Part shown: in pieces, positions 9,125 through 18,071 of the stretch
Position numbering within the stretch: the stretch's first letter is position 1
Layout: every line of letters starts with the position of its first letter
IMG/VR virus record: IMGVR_UViG_3300031539_000039
Location: 1 to 55,005 of that record
Direction: 5' to 3' (one strand)
Source: a virus
Taxonomy: Duplodnaviria; Caudoviricetes
DNA: 55,005 nucleotides
Translations under genes and position numbers: made by a program
The notes under the pieces: model-generated
The model's input: the letters and a program-made list of their open reading frames with translations, nothing else
The model's database searches: none
What the model was told of the DNA's origin: nothing

Positions 9125-10087
9125 CTAGGCTTGGCCGATGGACTTGGTTCCGTATGAGATAAAGGTGTATTCAATCGTTTCTCTTCCTGTTGCTTCGTTG
9201 ATCCTTCCCTCCTCACGCTTCGACATATAGGTCTTGGCGTGTTCATATGTCCAGGTCTCCACGGTCCCTGCTGTGTCGTCCATGGCGAAGTCTGCGAGGA
9301 AGTCGGTACCTGCCGCTGCCTGCGCCGCGATAATGTTCATCATGGAGTCGAAGACGTCCGTCTCAGAGTCCACCACCACGGTGAGCACACGGTACTTCTC
9401 ATCCTGCTTCAACCCCACGCCCTGATACGTGTTAGGAACAAACTGCGGAGTCCTCCTCATCACAAAGTCCTCCTTGAAACTCAGGATGTTCACCGCATCG
9501 ACCCCGCCTGTCCGCACGTTGTTGATCCTCTTGATCTTACCTACTCCCTGCGGTGCTCCCTCAGGAACAGGTATTACATCATTGGCTCTCAGCCTCTCCT
9601 GAAGGCAGATGAAAGTGAAGGTCACCGTCTGGTGTCGCTCGCCTGTCTCGTTGTTGAAATCAGAGGTCTCTCCGACACACCAGAGCACATTGGTATCTAG
9701 GGCTGAATAGGTGAATTTTGTGTAGGTGCCGTCATGTTCACGGACATGTACCACGAACCATTCAATGTCCGGGTTGGCTCCGTCCTCATCAATCGCCGGT
9801 AAGCCATCTGCGAGATCGACATGCTGGGTGTAAGCCCAATAATCCTCAGGAGTAGCAACGTTAGGATAATAGTTGGTGTCCAGACATAGCGTCAGCTCCC
9901 AGTACTTGTGGTTCTGATGAATCCCCGCAGGGTTCCAGGAATTAATCATACTAAGAGGGTCCACGAGGTCGCCGTCGGGGCTTATCACCTTCTCGGCGAA
10001 GTAGACCACATTGGTTATGGAACAGAAGTCGGCAGCCGTCCTCCCGATGTCCACCTGAAGAACCTTGTCATATTTCAGGTCAGCCAT
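9125..10087 (-). CDS. Putative major tail tube protein with internal two-domain duplication
   Basis: Position after neck/terminator; GIHQNHKYWELTLCLDT...NNETGERHQTVTFTFIC vs GLKQDEKYRVLTVVVDS...NEATGRETIEYTFIS. Confidence 0.6.
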   Translation of the reverse strand: MADLKYDKVLQVDIGRTAADFCSITNVVYFAEKVISPDGDLVDPLSMINSWNPAGIHQNHKYWELTLCLDTNYYPNVATPEDYWAYTQHVDLADGLPAIDEDGANPDIEWFVVHVREHDGTYTKFTYSALDTNVLWCVGETSDFNNETGERHQTVTFTFICLQERLRANDVIPVPEGAPQGVGKIKRINNVRTGGVDAVNILSFKEDFVMRRTPQFVPNTYQGVGLKQDEKYRVLTVVVDSETDVFDSMMNIIAAQAAAGTDFLADFAMDDTAGTVETWTYEHAKTYMSKREEGRINEATGRETIEYTFISYGTKSIGQA

Positions 10088-10144
10088 GTATTCTCATCTA
10101 TTAAACTGAGGGCACCCTTAAAATATTATACTTTGCCTCATCAC

Positions 10145-10594
10145 CTAAGCTTCCTTGTGTTCCACGACATACACAGATTCCCAGAGTTGGAGCCCGGCAA
10201 GCCAGCGGTCGTTGGCGCTCTCTTCTATGATTCTCAGGGTGTAGGCACCCACCTGGGCGTTCGCCGCGATGATTGCCCTCATAGCTGCCTTCATTTTCCA
10301 TTGCATCTTTGTGGCGGTGCAGAGGAGGGCGCCCGCAGCGTTGTACTTGTCGATCGTGATGATATGCACGGGGAACTCTGCGGGGTAGTAGGTAGGGACG
10401 TCCTGAAGGTGGCGTGTGGGTCGGGTGCGGGAGTCGTGGAAGGTCACGATCACGTCGTAGGTCTGGAACAGGGTCTTAAGGGTCTCGGGGCCCTCGGCGT
10501 AGAGGAAGATGATGGCGGCGGCGGTGATGTTGTCGTCCTTGGTTGTCGTGATGGCGTCGACGACGTCGAGCAGCGTGTACTTAGGGTCGCTCAT
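10145..10594 (-). CDS. Putative tail terminator/neck protein
   Basis: 149 aa; synteny between head-closure and tail tube. Confidence 0.5.
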   Translation of the reverse strand: MSDPKYTLLDVVDAITTTKDDNITAAAIIFLYAEGPETLKTLFQTYDVIVTFHDSRTRPTRHLQDVPTYYPAEFPVHIITIDKYNAAGALLCTATKMQWKMKAAMRAIIAANAQVGAYTLRIIEESANDRWLAGLQLWESVYVVEHKEA

Positions 10595-10944
10595 GTTATC
10601 CGCTCCATATCCGCTGTGTAAAAGGATGTTTTCCCACCCTTACGGTGGGCGTTTGGCTCTGATACAATGGTATAGGTCACGCCGTTGTAGACGATGCGGT
10701 CACCCCTGTGAATCGCGGAGGCCGTGTACAGTTCAGCCCGTACATCAGACTCGGGGACGCCGCCCACATCTATCCGCCTGCCCGGTAGAAGGCTTACGAT
10801 CACCTTGATCGTTGTCTCCGTGTAGGAGGCCGCCGCCCACTTCGTCGTGGCGTCCCGGGCTGCCGTGTCTAGGGCTAGGGTCTGGAGAGTGACATCCTCT
10901 CCACGGCGGGCTATGAAGGCGGGGGCACGTGGCATGTCAGTCAC
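10591..10944 (-). CDS. Head-closure (SPP1 gp16-like) protein
   Basis: GEDVTL...IHRGDRIVYNGVTYTIVS beta-rich pattern. Confidence 0.7.
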   Translation of the reverse strand: MTDMPRAPAFIARRGEDVTLQTLALDTAARDATTKWAAASYTETTIKVIVSLLPGRRIDVGGVPESDVRAELYTASAIHRGDRIVYNGVTYTIVSEPNAHRKGGKTSFYTADMERIT

Positions 10945-10946
10945 TC

Positions 10947-11510
10947 CTATGCGGGTGCTCCCTGAGTGATTAGCAGGGTTCCCCGTATGGTCGGCACGGT
11001 GATTCCTGGTGTGATCGTAAATGCGTCTCCTACCCCAGGCGCTCCGGTGAATGCCGCAGCCACGGTGACCTCCCCGTTCGTCAGAGCGTAGTCACTGATC
11101 ACTTGCGACTCCCCAGTGAGAGCGCCTGCAGTGAACGTGATCGTGAAGCCATTCCAGAAGTCGTTTGCCTCGTTTAGATTGGTCTGGAATATGGTATCCG
11201 TCCCCACGCCGGTCGCCGTGGACGCCTCTGCTTTCACCAGTTCGATGGTGAAGAAGTAGGATCTCTCGTCGCCTATGGCGATGTCGCCTGGAGCAAGATA
11301 CACCTTGACACGCCCATCCATGCCATCCGTCACGTAGGACATGTCCTTCTCGAATTTCAGGGTCGTACCGTCGTTTTCATATACCTTCAGCTGGATTTCA
11401 GTCTCATCGTAGATAGAGATGTCCTCGGCGTCTCCATTAGCGTCGTAGACCGTGAAGAAGACGGTCTTCCCGACGGTGCCCTCCACTTCCTGCCAGTCAG
11501 GGTCAGTCAT
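10947..11510 (-). CDS. Virion structural protein (BppU/Ig-like fibre anchor)
   Basis: FTVYD..G...DIS...DG.V.V.L...D...YFFTIEL; NDFWNG..ITFTAG insert; GGTGA RBS before ATG 11510. Confidence 0.55.
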   Translation of the reverse strand: MTDPDWQEVEGTVGKTVFFTVYDANGDAEDISIYDETEIQLKVYENDGTTLKFEKDMSYVTDGMDGRVKVYLAPGDIAIGDERSYFFTIELVKAEASTATGVGTDTIFQTNLNEANDFWNGFTITFTAGALTGESQVISDYALTNGEVTVAAAFTGAPGVGDAFTITPGITVPTIRGTLLITQGAPA

Positions 11511-11566
11511 ACTCTTCACCTATGAATAAACTGAACTGAAATAAAAGCCTGAGTGAGAGTCGCTTT

Positions 11567-14092
11567 CTAGGCAACTATTCTCACCACCACCTCATCTGAA
11601 GACACCTCGGCTTCTACCTCGGTGTCCATTAGGTCTGCTTCCACCTCGTCGCTGGTCAGATATACATGGATGAAGCGCCGGATCACGAAGCGCACGTCCA
11701 AGCCGAAGCTATTCTGAATATCACCTCTAAAGAATGCGGCGTCGAAGTCGGGTGTCTTCTCGACCGTTGCTTGGAATGCGGCGTCGAAGTCAGCAGGCTT
11801 CTCAATATCCTGAAGCTGGAAGGCGGCGTCAGTGTCGGAGGTTTCCTCGATGCCTTCGAGCCGGAAGGCAGCATCAATATCAGCGGTTCTTTCGACGCCC
11901 AGGGCCTTGAAGATAGCGTCAAAGTCCGGCGCCTTCTGAATGCCCTGCAACTGGAACGCTGTATCGAAGTCAGCTGTTTTCTCTATGTCCTGGAGTTGAA
12001 AGGCTGCGTCGACGTCGCGTGTTTCTTCGATGCCCAGCTTCTGGAAGGCCGCATTGATTTGTCTCCCAATCTCGGTGCGGAGAACAATGAGAGTGTCAAC
12101 ATCAAAGGTTCTCTCGACGCCCAACCTCTTGAATAGGGTGTCTACCCCTCGCTGGAGTTCTAGGCGTAATACTATAAGGGTATCAACATCAGCTGTCTTT
12201 TCAATTCCTAATTTCTTAAAGACAGCATCGATGTCAAAGGTTGTTTCAATACCTAGCTTCCTAAACGCGGCATCCACAGTTCGCTGTAACTCTGTTCGTA
12301 GGACTATGAGAGTGTCAATGTCAAAGGTCTCCGTAATACCTTGAAGTTGAATAGCAGCATCAACATCGGCTGTAACTGGAATACCTAACCTCTTGAACAC
12401 CGCATCAACATCAAAAGTCTCCTCAATACCTTCTAACTTGAAGGCAACATCAAAATCAGGAGTCTTCTCGATGCCTTGAAGCTGAATGGCTGTATCATAG
12501 CCACGTGCCTTCTCGATGCCTTGCAACTGGAAGGCGACATCGAAGTCAGGGGTTTTCGGGATAGCCTGCCTCTGGATAGCGACATCATAACCGCGTGCCT
12601 TCTCTATGCCTAACGCCTTGAAGACAACATCTACATCCCATGTTTTTGTGTAAGTTACTGGAACAACGGCTAGGTATATGAAAGCTACTTCATAGTAGAC
12701 GGGGAGGCTGCTCGCCGTGTTGTAGGTATGGTCGCTGTGGTCTCCAGGAGCAGGGGTCGTATGGTTAAGGTGGGCACCAGTGTTGCTGAGATCACCATGG
12801 TTGTGAGCGGGCCCATAATAAACAGTGCCAGCAGTACTCTGGGGCAGCCCGTTTGCTGGAACTCCTGTTAAAGTGCTATGTCTGTGGGACCACGTAGAGT
12901 TAGAATCAGCCGCATCATGTATGTGTGCGCCCTGAGCGTCAATTGTATGAGTATGATCACCAGCACCTTGAGGCGTGTGAGTGTGTGTGAGGTCGCCGCC
13001 TGTGCCGCCTGGGTTAGTTAAGGCGGTGTTGACGCCACGGATGAATTTACTTAGAAGGTTCGGGCCGCTCCCGTTCCCGTCGCACAGCTCCCATTTATCT
13101 GGGATGTTCGCGATAGTCCCTGTCCAAATACAGATAATTCCAACCTTTGGATCTGCACCGCCAGCTCCTGCAGTAATAGGCGCTAACTCATAATATGGCG
13201 GTCTCCCATCACTGGCGTTTATGGTGTGTGAGTGGCTCCCTGTACTTGCAGCGGTGTGGCTGTGCGACCCACCAGCAGTTGTTGTATGTGAGTGTGAACC
13301 AGCGTTAGTGTTACTTGCGATTTGTGTTGGCCCGTAATTCATAACAAGACTAGAAGTAAAGTGATTATGGCTTCCAGCAGAGTTCGATGTATGGGTGTGA
13401 GTTGCCGCTGCTAAAGTATGGGTATGTGCTCCAGCAGCGTTCTGAGTATGGGCATGTGAATCAGCTCCGCCTGTGCCACCTGGCTCAGTGGCTGCTGGAA
13501 CTCCTCGGAGAAACTTTGCCACTAAACTGGTATCAAGACTCCAACCAGCGGGGATATTACCGAGAACATCACTCCAAAGGGTAATTATTCCCTGGGCAAA
13601 AGTAATAGGAGTTCCATCAGAGTAAATGAAAGCTACCTGATAGTATGCGGGTCTAGTGTCAGCGTTCTGGAGTGTATGAGCATGAACTCCCTGGGAATCA
13701 ATTGTATGGGTATGTGCTCCACTGCTAGACCATGTGTGGTTGTGGTTTCCACCTGAATTGGTAATCTTATTTATCTCATTTTTATACCCAGCCGTTACTA
13801 CACCATGAGACGAATAACTATGATTTCCTGTGGAGTTCGGTGTTGTATGTGTATGTGCGCCTCCGCTACCTGAAGTTCCACCATGATTATGCGCCCCGCC
13901 AGTTCCATTCTCAGTGTGAAGGTGAGTATCAGATCCGCCCTCACCCCCAGGATCGGTTGAAATGGGAACACTCACCAAGAACTTGGCGAGAAGGTTCGGT
14001 CTACCCCCGTTGCCATCACAGAGATCCCACCCAGCGGGAATGTTAGCTATGGTTCCTCTCCATACCGCTATAACTCCCACTGGAATCGGCAT
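11567..14092 (-). CDS. Fibre protein: three tandem tail-collar/HxH needle modules plus ~21 x 15-aa shaft repeats
   Basis: G.I..W.G...NIP.GW.LCDG..PNL..KF x3, each with HxH runs ending (R/L)P.YY..A.I; C-terminal DxAF(Q/K)L.GIE.T.D repeats. Confidence 0.85.
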   Translation of the reverse strand: MPIPVGVIAVWRGTIANIPAGWDLCDGNGGRPNLLAKFLVSVPISTDPGGEGGSDTHLHTENGTGGAHNHGGTSGSGGAHTHTTPNSTGNHSYSSHGVVTAGYKNEINKITNSGGNHNHTWSSSGAHTHTIDSQGVHAHTLQNADTRPAYYQVAFIYSDGTPITFAQGIITLWSDVLGNIPAGWSLDTSLVAKFLRGVPAATEPGGTGGADSHAHTQNAAGAHTHTLAAATHTHTSNSAGSHNHFTSSLVMNYGPTQIASNTNAGSHSHTTTAGGSHSHTAASTGSHSHTINASDGRPPYYELAPITAGAGGADPKVGIICIWTGTIANIPDKWELCDGNGSGPNLLSKFIRGVNTALTNPGGTGGDLTHTHTPQGAGDHTHTIDAQGAHIHDAADSNSTWSHRHSTLTGVPANGLPQSTAGTVYYGPAHNHGDLSNTGAHLNHTTPAPGDHSDHTYNTASSLPVYYEVAFIYLAVVPVTYTKTWDVDVVFKALGIEKARGYDVAIQRQAIPKTPDFDVAFQLQGIEKARGYDTAIQLQGIEKTPDFDVAFKLEGIEETFDVDAVFKRLGIPVTADVDAAIQLQGITETFDIDTLIVLRTELQRTVDAAFRKLGIETTFDIDAVFKKLGIEKTADVDTLIVLRLELQRGVDTLFKRLGVERTFDVDTLIVLRTEIGRQINAAFQKLGIEETRDVDAAFQLQDIEKTADFDTAFQLQGIQKAPDFDAIFKALGVERTADIDAAFRLEGIEETSDTDAAFQLQDIEKPADFDAAFQATVEKTPDFDAAFFRGDIQNSFGLDVRFVIRRFIHVYLTSDEVEADLMDTEVEAEVSSDEVVVRIVA
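11700..12631 (-). repeat. ~21 tandem 14-15-aa coding repeats (fibre shaft)
   Basis: DVAFQLQGIEKARGY / DTAIQLQGIEKTPDF / DAAFQLQDIEKTADF etc. Confidence 0.9.
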
Positions 14093-14117
14093 TATCTTTC
14101 ACCTACTATTTACTTGA

Positions 14118-14417
14118 TTAAGATTCCACCATTTGGTCGATATGCCAATGTATTTGTTTCAACTCACGATAGGAAAGGAGAAGAAGTGCAACGTTCGGCT
14201 TGACCTTGAGAGTCCCAGACCAAGTTCTAGCTTCAGATAAGAGATTTTTGAGTTCCTCATATTCCTGGTTAAGCTCTTTCTTAGCCTGAATCTCTTGTTC
14301 ACCTAGTTCAACTAGGCGTTTCTCTCTTTTTTCCAAATTGGTCTCACTGATCATAACATCAGCTTTTAACGCCGTGAATGTCGCCTCAATCTCCTTCAAC
14401 TGGTTTTTAAGAGCCAT
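14118..14417 (-). CDS. Hypothetical coiled-coil protein
   Basis: Heptad-rich E/K/L sequence; coupled in operon. Confidence 0.6.
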   Translation of the reverse strand: MALKNQLKEIEATFTALKADVMISETNLEKREKRLVELGEQEIQAKKELNQEYEELKNLLSEARTWSGTLKVKPNVALLLLSYRELKQIHWHIDQMVES

Positions 14418-14420
14418 TTA

Positions 14421-14708
14421 TTACACCTCTACAGTGAATTTTGCTCCGATGTATTTCTGGGTTCGTTTCCAAATCTTATCTGGGGTCAGCTCCTCCTTCA
14501 TACCGACCCTCTGACGAACAATGTCCTGCAAGATTCCTTTGAAGTGCTGCCGAACTCCTGGTTCAGTCATTCCTCGAAGGTTCCCCACCATCTCACTGAA
14601 TCGAATCTCCTCGATCATTCCTCCTATGTTGGCCTCTACAGTCAAAGTTATCATTTGACCAGTCGGATCTGTTTCTATGTTCTTGACTACTACATTTACT
14701 TCAACCAT
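14421..14708 (-). CDS. Hypothetical protein
   Basis: GGAGGTGA RBS; operon spacing. Confidence 0.65.
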   Translation of the reverse strand: MVEVNVVVKNIETDPTGQMITLTVEANIGGMIEEIRFSEMVGNLRGMTEPGVRQHFKGILQDIVRQRVGMKEELTPDKIWKRTQKYIGAKFTVEV

Positions 14709-15105
14709 GTGTCAATCTCACCTCCTCAGGATGGATACTTCCATCCTCCCTTATCTTCAGGATCTCGCCGCCCTCTATCCCCAGCAAGTAGAGTGACGCC
14801 ACTCTGCGAGTACCGCCACCCCTAACGCTGAACTCAATATGGTTCCTCCTCACAGCGAACAGCTTATCGCCCTCCTTCAACTCAACCACATGACTCGGGT
14901 TCCTCGTCGGGATCACCACCATGCCCTTTATCTTCGCCGCCATCCTCGCTGAGAACGGGTACCAGCCGAAGCGGACCAGCTTCGAGTGATCTACCTCAGC
15001 GAAGCGATTCTCCTTCCCCGTCTCAGGATCGAACTGGGGCAATGCCTGGCCGTCGCTATACTCAGCGACCCACATATACACCAAAGGTCTATAGCCGAGA
15101 TCCAT
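14701..15105 (-). CDS. Hypothetical virion-module protein
   Basis: WVAEYSDG..LPQFDP.TG.E..F pattern; coupled to neighbours. Confidence 0.65.
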   Translation of the reverse strand: MDLGYRPLVYMWVAEYSDGQALPQFDPETGKENRFAEVDHSKLVRFGWYPFSARMAAKIKGMVVIPTRNPSHVVELKEGDKLFAVRRNHIEFSVRGGGTRRVASLYLLGIEGGEILKIREDGSIHPEEVRLTHG

Positions 15106-15106
15106 C

Positions 15107-15574
15107 TTAGTTGACCCCCTTTTTGTTTAGAACCTTCATTTTTTGATAGCACTCCTCTCGCCACTGCATCTCCTCTGGCGGTGTGACGTTGTACCCCCCT
15201 CCCGGCAACCTTCCCTTGTATACCTTTTTATTTGTATGATATTTTATGGCAAGCTTGGCCTGTTCTTTTTTCAACTTCAGATAAGGCATAATAGCTTTCA
15301 GTACATCAACTGCATCATTTGTGGTGACGCCCCAAATATACCTTGTTTTCCAACCGTCCCGAGTGAGAGTGGTTGTTATGCTTCCACAACCGAACTCCCT
15401 TAACGCCGCATCAATCACTAGACGCTTCGTGTTGCTAATACTTACCCGGATAAAGTGATAGGTTCTCCTGCCCAACTTGGTCTTACCATAGGTTCTAGCT
15501 ATACCTATTGTTCCATCGAAGTCGATCCCTGCCGCCCAATACGCCAACTCTTCAGCCCTCATATTCTCGTTCAT
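15107..15574 (-). mobile_element. Free-standing LAGLIDADG homing endonuclease gene
   Basis: LAYWAAGIDFDGTIGI motif, ISNT, FGCGSI, PYLKLKKEQA. Confidence 0.85.
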
Positions 15575-15590
15575 AGTACATGATTAGACT

Positions 15591-15610
15591 CTAACACATA
15601 TATGTGTTAG
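15591..15610. promoter_or_regulatory. Perfect 20-bp palindrome CTAACACATATATGTGTTAG upstream of the homing endonuclease
   Basis: Self-reverse-complementary with central ATATAT. Confidence 0.6.
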
Positions 15611-15612
15611 CA

Positions 15613-16224
15613 TCAGATTTCATCGTATGCAAAAGTCAACGTTTCGTCTGCCTGCAAGCCCTGGACGGCGCCGTTCGCGGCTGTGTCGAGCTTCACCTGG
15701 AGCACTGCGGCTTTGCATTTTTCCGCTATGGTGTGGTTTGTGGTGTCGACGTCCATCCTGGCGCCCGTCACGTAGCCCTCTATGTCCAGAACTGGAGGTG
15801 TCTGTCCATTGTAGTATGTATGTCCGTTCGCGCCATCCCCGATATAGTGCCCCGTAGTACCTATTGTGCCCGTCGCTACTTCGTAGCTTGCGTCCATCGG
15901 ACATCCGTGATCGCCCGCATCACGTTGCCCAACGGCAAGCAGCCCACCTGCGCCGAAGGTCCAGTCGATGGAACCATCACAGAATAGCTGGACGTTGTTG
16001 ATCTGCGTCGCGTCCTGTATATTCTCAATCTTCAGGTACACATGTATCCAGAAGCTGTAGTTGAACCCAGCCGCTGGAATTGGTATCGGATTAGCGAGGT
16101 CATCGATAACGAAGTCATCCTGAGTCTGAAGCCTGGTAGAGGTGACGATCTCATCTTCTACTGAGCCACCGCCGCCGTCTGCTCCTACTGTGAGTTGATA
16201 TACTCCTACATCTGCTACAACCAT
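15613..16224 (-). CDS. Putative virion structural protein
   Basis: PIPIPAAGFNYSFW...LTFAYDEI beta-rich; own promoter-like AT tract at 16250-16265. Confidence 0.6.
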   Translation of the reverse strand: MVVADVGVYQLTVGADGGGGSVEDEIVTSTRLQTQDDFVIDDLANPIPIPAAGFNYSFWIHVYLKIENIQDATQINNVQLFCDGSIDWTFGAGGLLAVGQRDAGDHGCPMDASYEVATGTIGTTGHYIGDGANGHTYYNGQTPPVLDIEGYVTGARMDVDTTNHTIAEKCKAAVLQVKLDTAANGAVQGLQADETLTFAYDEI

Positions 16225-16351
16225 TTATTATCGTATCTAAGTGGAGTGGGTGAATAAATAAGCCTGTCCCTCCTCTCTATTCTTAAATATTCACGTATGC
16301 CTCGAACTCACGCGCGCATCTAGCATTTTAGCCTTTGGGGGGGGCTTCTTA

Positions 16352-17236
16352 TTAGATGTGCATATACTCAGTATGATCCATATGCATTGATTCTAATCTC
16401 GGTTTACCCGTGAGCTCAGTTGCGGGAGCTGTGACGAACATAACCTTAAACTGTATTTCATGCTTACCGGCAAAGTCCGCCGCCGGGATAGTGAGGTTCC
16501 CTGTTGTATGGAATACGCTTCCAAGATCCGATGTATAGGTATCATCTATAGTCCTAGGGCTGTTTGCATGGCTTCCAGACAGTACATCTCCGTCAGTGAC
16601 TGCCAGGTACTCCACTTGGATTCTGATTTTCTTACCGTTATCATCTAATCCCGTGTCATTCGTCCAGTGGAATAATAATACTATATCAGTGCCAGGCACA
16701 TAATGTGGCGAAACTTCCCATTTATAGTGAACAATATCGGTATCAACGTCGAACTCCAGCATTAGGGTATTATCTACGGTTACAACATCCGGTGGGTTAG
16801 TATTGGGTCTTCCAAACTTCTCCGCTGGAATATGATCCCCGTGTGGTCTGGTATCATCTATTTGCTTAATCCACATGGGAACGAGAAGCATGTAGGTTGA
16901 GCCATGAGCGACACCGACAGCTTGAGAATATCCAGATGTAGTGGGCGGAGTCTGCGTGAGGCCTCCGGGGGTCGATGATGCATAGATGGGGCCGTCAACC
17001 CACGCCCAGTCTAGGTTGCTTACTAGACCGTATAGCAGGATTCTGCCTTTGTAGTTGATCGGTAGATCGCTGAGCACCATCCCATACCCAGGCATTGTCA
17101 GCTCTGCGTCCCTGTCCGCCTTGTACCATTTACCTCCCTTGATGTAGACCAGGTTGTAGTTGTCCAGGGCTTCCCCTGCCACGCCCTCAACTATGAGTCC
17201 GTCCCCTTCCCGATGCGGTTTAATCACATAAGGCAT
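16352..17236 (-). CDS. Head decoration/fibre protein (cement-like N-domain plus jelly-roll-like C-domain); paralog of 18072-18566
   Basis: MPYVIKP.REGDGLI.EG.AG..L..Y.LV....GKW.KADR shared N-terminus. Confidence 0.65.
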   Translation of the reverse strand: MPYVIKPHREGDGLIVEGVAGEALDNYNLVYIKGGKWYKADRDAELTMPGYGMVLSDLPINYKGRILLYGLVSNLDWAWVDGPIYASSTPGGLTQTPPTTSGYSQAVGVAHGSTYMLLVPMWIKQIDDTRPHGDHIPAEKFGRPNTNPPDVVTVDNTLMLEFDVDTDIVHYKWEVSPHYVPGTDIVLLFHWTNDTGLDDNGKKIRIQVEYLAVTDGDVLSGSHANSPRTIDDTYTSDLGSVFHTTGNLTIPAADFAGKHEIQFKVMFVTAPATELTGKPRLESMHMDHTEYMHI

Positions 17237-17250
17237 TTAGAACGTTGCTC

Positions 17251-17595
17251 CTATGGATTGCTATACGGGCCTGTGCACCAGTACACGTCGGCGTCTGGCT
17301 CTGCCTTCCCGCCATCATCCATCGTTATAATTGTGAAGCCCGACACTGTTTTTGTCCCAGATTTCATGTTGCAGATTATGGCGTCCGTTGACTCTCCGGC
17401 TGTTAGTTGAATGAAATAGTCTAGGTTGCCGTAGGGCGTGTTGAATATGACTACGGCCTCTGCGCTTCCATCCGAAGTGACCAAGCCCGCCTTGTCGACT
17501 AGACCGCTGCCTCCACCGCCAGGGTGAGAGTGAAGACTGGTTACTTCTCCTCCCACTAGCTCTTCATGAGCTACGGCCTCATTCTGCTTGACCAT
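17251..17595 (-). CDS. Small fibre-tip/lectin-like structural protein
   Basis: LHSH..; V.FNTPY...Y.IQLT...KT..GFTI...VYW pattern. Confidence 0.5.
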   Translation of the reverse strand: MVKQNEAVAHEELVGGEVTSLHSHPGGGGSGLVDKAGLVTSDGSAEAVVIFNTPYGNLDYFIQLTAGESTDAIICNMKSGTKTVSGFTIITMDDGGKAEPDADVYWCTGPYSNP

Positions 17596-17604
17596 TGAGC
17601 GTCA

Positions 17605-18057
17605 CTAGGGCTCTGGTACGTCGTCGTAATCCACCTTCAGCTTACCCGTTGCATCCCTCTGGACAGCGATGACCTTGAACTCGCCTGATACCGGTTCGGA
17701 GATCACTATCTTCCTGTCCGCCTCGGCTATGCCAACGATAAGATCCCTGACCTCTGGTCCTGTCTGATCCACCGTTGCGCCTTCCTCGATGCCGGTGAGC
17801 TTCGTCTTCTCTGTGTCAGACATCGCCTTCCTCGTCGAGCCATCGGGTAGCGCATCCAAGTCCGCAGGCGGAGCGCCGGTGTCGTATTTGTTCGCAGTAC
17901 CTTCCGTGATGTCGTCCGAGTCTACGGCCCCGAGGGCAGCACCGGCTATGGCGTCGGTTCTTGTAATGGATACGGCTGCGGCGTTGACCTTGCCGACGAT
18001 CTCATCATCCGTGTAAGCTTGGGCGTTCGGGTCAAGCAGAAAACTCTGTTTCACCAT
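17605..18057 (-). CDS. Fibre-associated structural protein
   Basis: DSDDITEG; MSDTEKTKLTGIEEGA motif typical of phage fibre proteins. Confidence 0.55.
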   Translation of the reverse strand: MVKQSFLLDPNAQAYTDDEIVGKVNAAAVSITRTDAIAGAALGAVDSDDITEGTANKYDTGAPPADLDALPDGSTRKAMSDTEKTKLTGIEEGATVDQTGPEVRDLIVGIAEADRKIVISEPVSGEFKVIAVQRDATGKLKVDYDDVPEP

Positions 18058-18071
18058 TTCTCTTTCCTCTT

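Noticed and set aside
15107-15612. LAGLIDADG as part of an intron or intein
   Set aside because: Both flanking genes look complete with their own start and stop, and no intein termini are present.
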